A program made the translations under genes and the position numbers. Positions 38,021 to 53,469 of a stretch of 64,000 nucleotides of DNA are shown one piece after another. Positions within the stretch are counted from its first letter, which is position 1. Every line of letters begins with the position of its first letter. The stretch covers positions 113,274,001 through 113,338,000 of the forward strand of contig OX597815.1 of assembly GCA_951406725.2 (NCBI GenBank), written 5' to 3'. This DNA comes from Octopus vulgaris (lineage: Eukaryota). Below the pieces are notes generated by a model. The model was not told the origin of the DNA. It worked only from the letters and a program-made list of their open reading frames with translations, and did not search any database.

Positions 38021-41000
38021 TTAATAGTCCACTTAAAATTCTTAAAAATATACTATATTGTACCATGTATACAATTTATAGGATGGAAATTAAGAGAAGA
38101 AAAGTAAAGAACTTGACAGCTGGATGCCCTTCCTCATGCCAACCACTCCGAGAGTGTAGTGGGTGCTCTTTATATGCCACCGGTATGGGAGCCAGTTAGG
38201 TGGCACTAGCATCAGCCACATTCAGATGGTGCTTTTTACATGCTGCCAGCACAGGAGCCAGTTGGGGCAGGGAGGCTGGCATCAACCATGTCGGATGGTG
38301 CTTTTTACATACCACCAGCACGGGGAGCCAGTCAGGCGGCACTAGCAACAACCAGAACTACAATTCTATTTGATTAGTCCCCCCCCCCCACCATGACTCA
38401 ACAACTGATGTTGGTGTGTTTATGTCCCTGTAACTTAGCAGTTCAGCAAAAGAAACTGGTAGAATAAGTCTGGGGGCCGTTATTTTCAACTAAAGGCGGT
38501 GCTCTAGCATGGCTACAGTCAAATGACAGAAACAAATAAAATAAGAAGAGAGTACTAAATACACCATGCCAAATCAGACTGGACTGTGGCGCAGCCCCTC
38601 AGCTTACCAGCCCTGGTCAAACCATCCAACCCAAGCCAGCATGGACATTGGATGCTAAATGAAATGATGATGATACAGTAGCATTTCATATAAGTATTTT
38701 AAAGAGTCGAAAAACTTTTGATTGGAATTATTCTTGCAAACAAAACTCCTTCTGTCATAGTCTGTGCTGTCTCAGCTGCTTATTCCCAAATATTCATATC
38801 AGTTGCATCAAAACCTTGGGGTCAGCTTTTCAAGCAGAAAGGACAGGGGTGGATTGGGTGGGTAGCTGGAGTGGGTGTGTAGCTGGAGTGGGTGTTACTT
38901 AACAGCAGCTACAATAATAATAACCAGTGTGTGAGGACTTGTGAGAGGTAATGAAGTATGTAAAGGAAAGTAATATTGCATAACTTTTTTGGATGATGAT
39001 GATGATGAGGATGATGATGATGATGATGAGGAGGAGGAGGAGGAGGAGGATACAGCAATACCACAGTGACTGAGGCCAGTGGCTTTGATAAGGAGAAAGA
39101 AAATAGAATTGATGACTGGGTCAAGGTTAGCCACAGTAAAGGCATTCATCCATAAAACAATGTGTAATAGGTGTTTTGTCTCGCCAATTACTAACAGAGA
39201 AAAACAGATGTAAAATGAATGAACAAACAATAGTAATTACATTCACTGACCCTCTCTCCCTCCCCTTCCTATGTCCACCCCACCATCCAAGTCACTGCCA
39301 CCACCATCATCACAATCATCATTACCATAACTGCAACCACTATAAATGCAACCACCACCACTACTACCATCACAATCAATACTAACACCACCGTTTGTAC
39401 CACTACCATCACCCCTGCTGGCACCATCAATGTTACCACTGCTGCATCTGAAACCAGATATAGTAGCCAAGTACCCCCTCCAAACACACCCTAAAATCTT
39501 ACAGACACACATTTGATAACATAGTCTGTTGTAACCTTCAAAGTAGTACTATATTATCTAGTACTATATTATCCAATGCTGTGATCTGAGAGCGATTTAG
39601 CTGTTATTTCTAGAAATTACCACATAAAGGCCTCTCCCAGTATTTATATAAACCTACATGTTAGATAGCAGATAGCATTTGATTTCCTGCTTGATATGGC
39701 TTGCCAACATTTTTCGGGTAAAATATCAATAAACCTAACCTTTTCTCAAGAATTCTACATCTGTTAAGAATGGTTATCCATTCATAATGAGTCCTCTTGG
39801 AACATTGTTGTTGTTGTTGTTGTGGTGGTGGTGGTGGTGGTGGTGGTGGTGGTGGTGGTGGTGGTGGACTTATTAAGATTGACAGAGTAAACTTCAAAGT
39901 AACGCAGTGAGTTTTCCCGCCATACAGTTTGACCGAAGATTCTATAAGCTGGCTTACAGCTATAAAAGCTGACAAATCCAACCTCAGGCCAGCAAACCTC
40001 TAAGTCGTTTGTGTCTCTCTCCTTCACTTTTCTTATACATGCTTTTGTCGTACCAGACAAAAGGCACCAATCTTAACTTATAACGTACATTAAGTATATG
40101 CAGTGATTAAAATTCCTTGCACTAGTTTCAGAATATTATTCAGTAGATTATATACAGAAGATTCTTCGCCAGAGAACCGTTGTTCCATTAATTTATTAGA
40201 TAACTTAGATAACATAGATTGGTTTCGGCCATTATCGAACTAAGCCATACATTTAAGAAAAAATTCGATGCAGGTTAATAAAACAATTGAAAACTCAAAC
40301 TTTGGTGTGATCACTGTCTAGACACGCAACCTACATCATATAGTGAACAGCCTAAGAAGAATATGAGTAACCAACACATAAAATAGTAATACAGTTAAGT
40401 TACTGCTGTTGTTTAGTCCAAGGTTAGCTTTGATTGAATATACCATAAGGTCAAAAGTGCTGCAACTGTAATCGTTTCAGCAAATTTATAGAACATCCTT
40501 CTCGATTTCAGTGGTAAATAAGTTTTTTGTTGTTTTTTTTTTTTTAGTTTGTTCTTTTTTCTGTTCATATGCTATCGACTAATCTGACATCCGAACATGC
40601 TGGAAAGACTTTCTAACGAAAAACGGAGAGAGTAGAGGACCCTAGGATTCCCCCACTTCACGGAGTTTTCTTTACCATTTCTCCTCTTTCATCTACAAAA
40701 TTAGTCGTTTCCGATTACTTTGGCGGTCATATTTGTTGTTAACACAGGAAAAAGAAAATGGTGAAGAAAACTCCGGGATGGGGGAATGGGGGAGACCTTC
40801 GGACTTCCCCCAAAACCCGCTCCATTTTCTGGAGATAAAAAGTTCTTTGTGGCATACTCGGTGGTCAGATTAATAGATAACACACAAGAACCAAACGAGG
40901 AAGAATATTATTTCTCATTGAAATCGAAAGAAATATTCTATAAATTTACCATCGTCTCGTTTGTTTTTAAGACGTTACGATATGATTTGATTGAAATTTG

Positions 41001-41070
41001 GCTGCTATGTCTAGAAGGTCCTTCGTTGGCTCGTAGTAATATAGTTGATGGCAACGCTTGTACGTATTAT

Positions 41071-41283
41071 GGAGGTGCGTGGCTTAGTGATTGGGGTATT
41101 GAATTCATGATTGTAAGATTGTGGTTTCGGTTCCTACATCGGGCAATGTGACGTATTCTTGAGCAAGACACTTCATTTTACATTGTTCTAGTCCATTCAG
41201 CTGGCAAAAGTGAGTAATCTTGCGAGAGGCCGGCGTCCCGTCCAGTGGGATAATATATACGTCATGGAAACCGGCCTTATGAG
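41071..41283 (+). mobile_element. V-domain-like tRNA SINE (old)
   Basis: tRNA-like head, CTTGAGCAAGACACTT, and CTTGCGAGAGGCCGGCGTCCCGTCCAG resembling the V-SINE central domain. Confidence 0.6.
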
Positions 41284-41898
41284 TTGAGAAGTATTTTGAT
41301 CCATTTTCATTTTTATCCTATGTTAGTATTGATATACACTGCGGTTGGTGCTGTTGTTATTGGTGGTATTGTTTCGACAGCGCTGGTAATGCGAGTAGTG
41401 ATGTTGTTTAACTTAGGCCCATATCAATAAAGAAATATAAGCACGTTCTTTAGTGTAGTAAGAGAAGAGAACCGTTTGTTTTTGTTAATAGTACAGGATT
41501 TACTTTGGTGCAAACGGTGCAACTGAATCGGGACCCCACAATAGTGTTGGGAATTTGCATTTTTCCCTGCTACCCTACTTATAAGTAAATAATTTGTTTA
41601 TATTGCTTACTGCTATTTAGTGTTGAATAAATAAAATAAAAACAGGTTGTATTCAATATATCACCCGTATTGTTTTTAGATTTTAAACAAAATTTCCCCT
41701 GTGGGAGTTTTTGTTCACTAATTGTTTGGATAATCTTAGCTGATCAAAGTTTTTGAGCTCCACTGTATTACATATGTGATACCCTTACCATATTTGTATC
41801 TAATATGCAGAACAGGCTCCCTTGGGGTATTTCCGTCAGTCAATATTGTTGTTATTTATATTCAGAATCAGTGTCACTACATACACACACACACACAT

Positions 41899-41979
<81 letters not shown>

Positions 41980-42619
41980 CTCTCTCCCCTCTCTCTCTCT
42001 CTCTCTTTCTTGGACCTTCAGTCACTCTGTTACTTCTGCTAAATATTAAAGAATATGTGTGTGTATGTGTGTGTTTGTGTGTTTATATGTATGTACGTAC
42101 ATACGTGCATACATACATTCATACATACATACATACATACATGCATACATACATATATACATACATACATGCATGCATACATGCATGCATACATACATAC
42201 ATACATACATACATACATACATACATACATACATACATGAGCTCGCGCGTGTGTGTATAAGAATACCCCTGCATTACAGGAATAATGTCTCCCGAAAAAA
42301 ATTAGCGTAACACAAAGTTAATTTTCGTATTGATTTTCATGTTATAAAGTAAATAATACATTCCGACGGATAGTTTCGGTGCAAGCAACACAACCACGTG
42401 TATGCATGAAAATAACCATTTCTAAATATACACAGTATAATATGTATACATTAAACTATATGAAGAGAGATACGCTGGGGAATTATAAGAAGCGTAATAT
42501 TGTAATAGGGTATGTTCTTAACATAAATGATGTTGACTATTGTTTGAGGGTTCGCGGTGGAAGGAGAGTTACAGGGAGGGTAAGGAACACTAGCTTTGAT
42601 CTTGGGGTTCATTATCATG

Positions 42620-44020
<1,401 letters not shown>

Positions 44021-44026
44021 GGAAGC

Positions 44027-44900
44027 GTAGCATGATCACTCTCTCTCCCCTTTATTATATATCTCTGTATAGTCAAACGTAGTGGGAACCATCTAACCTT
44101 TGACCGCTATTTGGACCCCGTTGTGTCCACCACACTGACTAGTTGTTATTGGCACAATTTGTCTCTTGCTCTGTTGCGCCAATTGCAGGATATAACCAAT
44201 CGCAGCCTCCAAATAAATCACGTGAGACAGTCTGTTCTGAACCCCAGTTTGAGCCGACTGCTCCCTATAAAAACTCAACTTCTCCTCGTCTCAAGGTATT
44301 TGGTTCCAGACCTTCTAAGGTCTAGCCACTGACCACACAAGACAGCCAGTTCCAGCGACCTCCATCTTCATCGCCACCATCATGCCTCTCACCAACGTCG
44401 TCAACATCATCTCTCTACGTACACAGCGCAGCAAACAACTTGCCCAGGTTTCAATGCTTCAATTCACCGTTTGTAGTTAGCTCCACGGATTAACGGTGAA
44501 TATATAACCTGCAAGGACTCCTGTATCAAGTGACCGGCTCAGCATCACAGCTAAAACTTCATGTACAACACGTACCGCAACCGGGTACGCATTACAGCCA
44601 CAACGTCTTGAAACAGCATCGCAACAACTCGTGTACAGTAGATCACGAACTGGTATTCTCGTTCTTGTGTCCATGAACATCTAATTTCTCATTATAGACT
44701 CCTTCCCTATCTTCATTTTCATTGCTATATAGGTACAAGGCACACGAATACACATGTTTACACACACACAAACACATGTAAATATATCAATAAATCTTTC
44801 ATAAGCATCCTACGCTGTTGTCTCTCTCTCTCTCCTTTCTCCCTGCACATATGTCGCATTCCATCTTACATATATTGTAAGGACCGTGTATTATCCAACA
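44027..44900 (+). mobile_element. Possible solo LTR
   Basis: Abruptly truncates the Tigger; internal CTATAAAA and AATAAA; ends ..CCAACA. No clear TSD or partner LTR. Confidence 0.3.
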
Positions 44901-46006
44901 TCAACTCTCGTAATATCGCATCACAGGGTCCTTTACAAAAGCTTTAAATCCTAGTGGTGAATCTGCTTCTCGAAAAGTGAAGTTGTAGCCGGTATGATCT
45001 TCCAGGAAAAAACAGTTTCTACATTGAATGCACGGTTTGGGTATTCCATTGCTGGTTACATTTTGTACCAATAACTCTGAGTCCAGCACGCGGTAATCTC
45101 CTCCGGTGTTTTCCAGGACGGGTGGAATTTGCTAAGTATTGTGTAATACCCGTAGCGTTTTCATCATCTGCCTGACCATCAGTGCAAGGCATTATAACCA
45201 ATTCGCCTGAGACCGCCTCTGGTTCTGATACAAACTTTTTGTTTTAAAGCGATGTAAATTAAAAACGTCCATCAAAATTCCATATCTATGTTCCAAATAC
45301 CATCATGTTAATGATAACGTTCTTTTACTAAGTTCTTCATTATTTTCAAAAATTAATCAAAATGAAGTCAATGAAAATATAATAAAAGACTTAAGTCATC
45401 AACATACAGATGTTACAGTATAAATGCTATTGGTATCGGATATTTATTGCAAATGTGACACATGAAAAATCTATTTAATAAATATTTTATTTTGAAAATT
45501 AGCATTCATTTCCTTATTCTGTACCAGCACTCTGATATTTAAAAAAAAAAAACAACTAAACTTGTAATTACTAGTGGAACTGTTCATGTTTTATGTTCTT
45601 ATTTCTATTTTGATGAATAAATTGTCTAGTTATGTTTAAGATTTCGCTTACGTCTTCGCTGTCATTATTTTAAGACTTTTGAAAGTATAGCAGTCGAAAA
45701 CATGTTGCGACAGCCAGAATATTATAAAGTCTACCAACTTAACATTACTTGATATTATCGATAGTGGCAAGTGCATTCGCAACATTATTCATCCTATGAC
45801 GGGCAAACAACCTGATACATACATACACACACACACATACACACATACATACATATAAATACATCAAGTACAGGACATCACACGCGCGACAAGTACAGGA
45901 TGAAATACCAAAAAATACACAAGAACAGGACATCACAAAAGAGTGAAAAATACGTAAACACATAACAAGAGACAAGTATGGGACAAAGTACCAAAAGAAG
46001 TCTAAC

Positions 46007-46070
46007 CTCCTCCTCAGTTGTCGACTGTTAATTACTCCCTATTTCGAGCTTTCAACGACAAGATAGGAAA
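46007..46070 (-). ncRNA. Non-circularly permuted hammerhead motif, copy A (intact core)
   Basis: Minus: TTTCCTA-TC/TTGTCG-ttgaaag-CTC-GAAA-TAGGGAG-taattaacagt-CGACAA-CTGAGGA-GGAG. Stem III 8 bp, stem I 6 bp, G10.1-C11.1. Confidence 0.72.
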
Positions 46071-46216
46071 CCTTCATGAAACAGCAGCATCCAGAAATTT
46101 TTTAAATATAAAATTCGTGGAGAGTTAGCGCTTCAAACGAGCGAACAACGATAGAGTGGACGTACAGAGTAAACAATCGACGAAGACAAATATTAAGGGC
46201 CGTTAGGACAAGACGC

Positions 46217-46680
46217 ATGTAACACTGATCGTATTGAGTCGTGTAAATACTTTCTTCCCCTCCCCACTGCTTCGTTAAATTATATATCCAGCATACAAGT
46301 ATATAAAAGTAGCAACAAGTGGTTCGAAGCTTGCATTGGGTATTTTATTTATTTATTTTTTTTTTTTTTTGGTACGAAACCAAAGAAACAATCGTTTTAA
46401 TACGGAAGACTTGTTGGCCTTCGTGGTGCAGTTGCAACAGCAACAGCAATTTCACAGATTTTTACACGGTAGAAGTTTTCGTCTACAGATGATCGTCCAT
46501 TATTATCAATATTTGGGTCAAAGAAAGGAATCCTTACCCATACAGCTAATATTTTCGTAGATACGAAGAAATCTTCAAAGAAGAGTGTAAAAGTTGGTCC
46601 GACGAGAAAAAAGTGCGAGTAGTTTTAAGAAAGTCATCCCCTGCCGAACTCGAAAAATATAGTAAGAAATTTTGAAAGGA
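46217..46680 (+). mobile_element. Gypsy LTR end, PBS and gag start, partial copy 1
   Basis: Direct repeat of 47283-47760. Confidence 0.8.
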
Positions 46681-47282
46681 TATAGAATAAATAGAAGAGA
46701 AGAAAATAGTAGATGAGGAAAAGAAAAAAGAGAGAGAAAATGTCAGGAGATGAGAAAAATGACGTCCAGCTAAGTGCACGTTGCGTCCAGAAAGGACAAA
46801 GGTGACAGAGGCTCAGCGAGCCATAATAATGTTTTTCTCTGCATTAAAATGCATCTGAAATGTAAGATCTTCTCTACCCTGATGATGGAGGCTCGTCTCA
46901 TCCTATGTTGAATGCATCCATGTAGCTGCATTTTGTGATGGACTAAATCTACCAACATTATCATGGATCGCTGTGCCCCAGAAACAGCTGTTAGATTTAT
47001 AATACCTTTCTTCTACCCCTTTAAATTTTTTTCTCGTTTGTACTCTGTGTAAGCCTTGCATAAATATGTATTTATGCATATAAATTCATCATTCATCATC
47101 TGAAAATTTCCACCATTGCTTTCTCTCGTTTTGCATGTATACATATTGTTGTGGAAGGATTCTGACCACTCCACAAATGACTAAAGGTGGATTGACTCAT
47201 TGTTATGAAACAAAGAACTATGAGTGATTGGCAGTTCGAGTTGGTAAGCAGTTCACTGTGAGCCGTGGCTGAGAGCGGTCTC

Positions 47283-48280
47283 ATGTAACACTGATCGTAT
47301 TGAATCGTGTAAGTACTTTCTTCCCCTCCCCACTACTTCGTTAAATTATATATCCAACATACATGTATATAAAAGTGGCGACAAGTGGTTCGAAGCTTGC
47401 ATTGGATGTTTAATTTTTTCTTTTTGGGGTACGAAACAAAAGAAACAATCGTTTTAACATGGAAGACTTACTGGCCTCTGTGGTGCAGTTACAATAGCAA
47501 TAGCAGCAGCAACTGCAACAGCAACAACAAAACCAACAGTTGCTGGAATTAATGTAGAAGTCTGAAAATACTTCAGGTTCGTAACAAATTCAATTGAAGA
47601 ATTCAGCTCTAATCCAAAAGAAAGGATTACTTCCTCTGCATATTTTCGTAGATACGAAGACATCTTCAAAGATGAGTTTAAAAGTTGGTCCGATGAGATA
47701 AAAGTACGAGTAGTTTTAAGAAAGTTATCCCCTGCTGAACTCGAAAAATATAGTAATTATAGTCTGCTGAAGAAACCAGGTGAGATTTGTTTCGATGAAA
47801 CAATTTTTTATCGAAAATGTTCAGTGAAAGAAGTTCCCTGTTCAATATTCGCTGGCAATGGTCAAATTTGGTTAAAAAAAAAGATGAAGATTTCGTCACC
47901 TATTCCGAAGTAGTTAACAGAGAGTGTGAGAAATTCAAATTGGATGAGTTGACTCCGGATATGTCCAAGTCATTAATTTTTGTTCAAGGGCTTACTGCAA
48001 GCAAAGATGCAGATGTACGTTCTTAGATATTAACAAAATTAGAATAGAATCAAAATTTAACTCTGCAGGCAATAGCAGAAAAATGTCAGAGGATTATAAA
48101 TATACGACATAACGCAGATGAAATTGAAGAACAGGAATGCTCTCATATTTAGGTGTGCCGACCGGTACCAGATAAGAAAAAAATGTCAAAACCGGATCCA
48201 TGTTATGGGCGCAGTGGTCTACATTTTAAAAATATTAAACGTTTCAAGCAATGGTAAAATAGGCCATAAAAAAACCTTTC
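47283..48280 (+). pseudogene. Ty3/Gypsy (Mag/K02A2.6-like) gag pseudogene with LTR end and PBS-like TGGCGAC
   Basis: MEDLLASVVQLQ..NSIEEF..AYFRRYEDIFKDEFKSWSDEIKVRVVLRKLSPAELEKYSNY..MFSERSSLFNIRWQ..VNRECEKFKLDELTPD..LIFVQGL. Confidence 0.85.
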
Positions 48281-48389
48281 TTTATCTTGAGGAATGGTTC
48301 CCTGCAAAAACATCGCAGTTTAAGTTTGAATCTTCTGAGCACTTCAAGTGTCTACTCTACAGAGAATATCTGGATCTCATCTATGTACA

Positions 48390-48750
48390 TCTATTATATA
48401 AAATCCGTTCTGTCTGTCTGTGTGTGTGTGTCTTCTAGGATCTCGGGCATCCTCCATTCGATTGCACTCAAATTTGATATGTAGATACCGACAGTATCAG
48501 GGCGGGTATAAGTCTTGAAAAAATTACAAAAATCGATTCCAGGTGAGACGGCGATCGACAAAGCCGTGGGAAATCGTTTTTCTTTGGAATAGAAAAAAAA
48601 GTCTATCTTTATTTCTTCTTTTGCTGGAGTCCCAAATTTAGGTTAAATCAGTGTTTCTTAAAGGGGACGGTCGGACAAGTTGTTTTGAGAAAATTTGGTC
48701 TAAATGTTTGACAACTCAGCACCGTCCATTGGAAGGGTGGGGGGTGTTTT
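48390..48750 (+). mobile_element. Helitron-like 5' fragment
   Basis: A|TCTATTATATAAAA..CTGTCTGTCTGTGTGTG start similar to 34596; no CTAG end found. Confidence 0.55.
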
Positions 48751-48779
48751 GCTCATATTTATATATACATACACACACG

Positions 48780-48819
<40 letters not shown>

Positions 48820-48820
<1 letters not shown>

Positions 48821-49031
48821 TCTTTTACTTGTTTCAGTCATTTGACTGCGGCCATGCTGGAGCACCGCCTTTTAATCGAGCAACTCGACCCCGGGACTTA
48901 TTCTTTTGTAAGCCTAGTACTTAATTTATCGGTCTCTTTTGCCGAACCGCTAAGTAACGGGGACATAAACACACCAGCATCGGTTGTCAAGCAATGCTAG
49001 GGGGACAAATGCAGACACACAAACACACACA

Positions 49032-49074
<43 letters not shown>

Positions 49075-49235
49075 GACGGGCTTCTTTCAGTTTGCGTCTA
49101 CCAAATCCACTCACAAGGCTTTGGTCGGCCCGAGGCTATAGTAGAAGACACTTGCCCAAGGTGCCACGCAGTGGGAATGAACCCGGAACCATGTGGTTGG
49201 TAAACAAACTACTTACCACACAGCCACTCCTGCGA
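48820..49235 (-). mobile_element. SINE family B, full length
   Basis: Matches 53816-54198. Confidence 0.92.
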
Positions 49236-49654
49236 TATTGTATATACATACATATATGTGTGTGTATACTTATGTATAAACATGCATGCACATATATATA
49301 TTTTTGTATGCACTCGCTCATGCACACACATACACGCAATTCTCTTTAACTTGTTTCAGCTTTAAAGTTGCGGTGATGCACCATTCTTTGAAGCCTTCCC
49401 AGATATGTGGCATTTGGTGAATGAGGGAGCTTGATGCTTGTTGCTCTCATCTGTGTTCCTTGACGCGTGGTAGGCTTATCTGGAACCCTTGACATCCACA
49501 CCAAGCAGTTTATTTAAGTCATAAAAATTTGATCATTTAAACGCTAAGAATGTTTGCATGTATGTATGCATGTATACATATGCGCATATACATGTGTATA
49601 TATATATGTGTGTATATATATACGTTTGTGTGTGTGTGTGTATGCATATGTATG

Positions 49655-49703
<49 letters not shown>

Positions 49704-50248
49704 TGTATATATATACATACATATTTTTATGTGTGTGTGCGTGTGTATGTATATATATGTATAAATAAATAAATATATATATATATAATATATATGTATA
49801 TATACATATGGCGGTGCCCCAGCATGGCCACAGCTCAAGAGCTGAAACTAGAAAACAAACATAAATACATATTTTTATGTGTGCGTATGTATGTGTATGT
49901 ATGTATATATATATATGTATGTATATATATATGTATGTATATATATATATGTATGTATATGTGTGTGTGTGTGCGTGTGTATGTATATTATATAACAGTA
50001 GTTAAGTCATTGACATATGTAAAGTAGTGAGAATTAAAAAATAATTCTGCAGTGATTAATAATATCCACTGATTAATATTATATTAATTATTTTCGCAAG
50101 TTCATAGATCACAGTTGGTCTCCATGACGAGGGGTCAGTTGAACGATCAAATAAACAACCTTCCCATTGAAACTGCATGTAAGTAGCTGAGTATACCTTA
50201 CGTGTATCTGTTAACATAATAATCTTCCAGCAAAATCAACATAACGCA

Positions 50249-50298
<50 letters not shown>

Positions 50299-51229
50299 AT
50301 ATTAATCCATCCGCCGGGCTTCTGTGTAGTTTCCGTCTAATTTCATTGACAAGGTTCGGATTCTCAAGTGACACAGGTTAAAAAAAAAAAACACTCGCCC
50401 AAAATTGGATCGAACTCTGGACCTGGTGGTTGCAAAGTGAGCTTTTTAGTCATTTGGTTATGTTATGGCAGCCCCAGATATATTTCAGTCTTACTTGAGC
50501 CTATCACATACTTAATCATTAACCCCTTTCCCCTACGTTAATCTAGGAGGAGTTGAAAGCGCTATAAATACTGACCTCTACCCCTCAGATAGTATTATTT
50601 CCTTTACATTTTCAATAAGATGATTTCTATGGAATTTAACTGAATAAAGAAAGTGAATCATTGAAATAACTTTCTAACTGCGCACTAAGTGAGCGACGAC
50701 AATTAATTCTATGGGATATTGTTAAACACCTGACACCCAGCTGTTTATTAAACGTATGACTGGTTAAACAGTTGAACTTCCTTTTGATTTAAAATAAAAA
50801 GGTTTTTTAAAGCTTTCGAGGAAAACATCGAGTGACTTGAACAGGTCGAGTAGGTTGTTTTGATCTGTTACTATTGCTATTTATAAAGATTGTTATTTGG
50901 TAGTAATTTTTTTTTTCTTTGTAAATCAATTATTTAGGTAAAAACAATGATTTAGATTCAAAACAAGTTCATGTAGGCTCAAGGATTTCTCTTCAGATGT
51001 TCGATATTTTTCACGTGTTTATAACTATACTGAGGAAATGAGCAAGTATATTTACAAATATATTGTAAATATTCAGTTAGATAACGGAAAATACTTGTCC
51101 AGCGGATAAGAAATTTTCAAATCATAAGTTAAACGATTGATTAAACGAAGATTAATCAATAGAGATTAACCAAAGCATACATACACAAGTGTAGGTATGC
51201 TTTGATTACGGATATTACACTTTGATTAC

Positions 51230-51910
51230 GCATACCCAACCGACTTCGATTAGGCATAGCATCTAGGAAAATAGATGTTTTTTGTTTTTAGTGAAGTTTT
51301 CTACAAATACTTTTCAGATGGTGTAAGCTATGAATATATCGGAATTGAATGTAAACTGGAACGAAAGAATAGGTGGGCGCGCACACATACATGCTGAAAA
51401 TTTTGTTTTCAAAATTTCAAGTTTTATTTTGTAAATATATGTGTTGTGTGTGTGTGTGTGTAATGTGCGCCCACCACTTTTTTTTTTTTACCCCAAATTA
51501 CATTCTAATATAATCCTTATCTACACCACATGGTTAGCATTTGTAGCTAATTTCATTAAAAAATATCAATTTTTCTGAAAGTTATGAGGAAATAAACTCG
51601 ACTCGTGTAAATTATCCCATCTCCGAAAAATGTTCACAAATTCCGATATAACTAATATAAATACCGTTTATAAGATAATTGTAGAAATTTTCATTTAAAA
51701 AATATCTATTTTTCTGAAAGTTATGAGGAAACAAAATCGACTCAAGCAAATTATCCGAAACTCCTCTTTCCTATCTCCGAAAAGTTTTTACTACAAATTC
51801 CGATATAATCGTAATGTACACCATCTGAAAGGTATCTGTAGAAAATTTCATTAAAAAATATCAATTTTTCTGTAAGTTATAGGGAAACAATGTCGGAGGT
51901 AGGGCACACT
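51230..51910. mobile_element. Foldback-type non-autonomous DNA element with internal tandem units
   Basis: 51267-51347 is inverted relative to 51797-51871; AAAAATATC.ATTTTTCTG.AAGTTAT occurs three times at about 140-150-bp spacing. Confidence 0.65.
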
Positions 51911-52432
51911 TGTGCAGATATACCAAATCAAACTCATTAAAATATCAGAATAATGCCCAGCCGTGTAATAACATTAATTTTTTTTTTTAAATTTGCCCCA
52001 AGGGAAAATATTGGGAGGGAAAAGTGTATACATCAAGTAAATCGTCAACGGTACTTGATTTACATACTTAACTTTTATTGATTTTGTGAAGGGGGTGATT
52101 TCCTATTACGTTAAAAGGTGCAGTACGGGGGTGTAAGTAGGATTAAGAAGAACATGGAGTTACGGAGGATTTAGAGGAGAGCGAAGGAAGAGAAGAATGA
52201 GAGGGCGGGTTGTAAGACTCATTATGAAGGAATGAGCTCAATACAATAAAGAAATTGTGAATGAAGAGAAATAAAAACAAATGAAAAATTAGAGGAAGTA
52301 GTGAGAGAAATTTCTGTTTAGATGTACATGTATATGTATGTTTATGAGTATACATACCCACACATATGTATCTATTTATGCGTATGTATATTTATATATG
52401 TAGTATGTATGTATGTATATAGACAGACAAAC

Positions 52433-52485
<53 letters not shown>

Positions 52486-52738
52486 CGAATGTATGTATGT
52501 ATGTATATAGGTATGTATGTATGTGTGTATGTATGTATGTATGTATGTATGTATGTATGTTTGTGTGTATGTATGTATGTATGTATGTATGTATGTATGT
52601 ATGTATGTATGTATGTATGTATGTATGTATAAACTTGAGCGTCAACGAAGAGAAAAGCGATACGCAATACTAAAATCAGTTGGGTGTATGTGTGTGTGTG
52701 CGCGTATTTATGTATGTATGTATGTATGTATGTGTGTG

Positions 52739-52792
<54 letters not shown>

Positions 52793-53213
52793 ACTATTTA
52801 TCTATCTATCTATCTATCTATCCATCTACTTTTACATATATGAACACACAGAACACACATTCGTATTTACGGAGAGAGAAGAGACACATGTAAGGTGGTT
52901 TGATTGGAAAAGACCACAAAGCGTCGGAAAGCATACTGCGCAATGCAATATTTTTTTCCGGCTCCCCACTACTCTGAGCACAATTCCTGCTGAGGTCAAC
53001 TTTATCTTTGATCATTTCGGGTTCAATAAATAAACAACTACTCAGTACTGCTAACGCAAAATCCTCCTCCTTCTTTCATCCAACCGATATACTATCTTGG
53101 ATGTTCCAAAAATTCAAGTGAAGGAAGACCAAGGATGTGTCTGTGTTTGATCCCGACTACGTAGGTATTTCCGATTAACAGTGACGGTCGAAGGTACATA
53201 CGTGGTTGTGTGT

Positions 53214-53246
<33 letters not shown>

Positions 53247-53304
53247 AGTCTGTGTGTGTGTGTGTGAACGCACGCGCGGACACTTATACACGCACACTAT
53301 ATTT

Positions 53305-53305
<1 letters not shown>

Positions 53306-53374
<69 letters not shown>

Positions 53375-53379
53375 TGATT

Positions 53380-53468
<89 letters not shown>
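53306..53468. repeat. (ATAG)n microsatellite
   Basis: Visible directly; a similar tract lies at 58843-58990. Confidence 0.96.

Positions 53469-53469
<1 letters not shown>

Noticed and set aside
44901-45201. Protein-like short ORFs on the minus strand
   Set aside because: Probably a decayed retroelement piece, but no diagnostic motif recognised.
51540-51890. Regularly spaced ~35-nt repeats (CRISPR-like)
   Set aside because: The intervening sequences are themselves homologous, the context is eukaryotic and there are no cas genes; these are tandem subunits of a foldback element.
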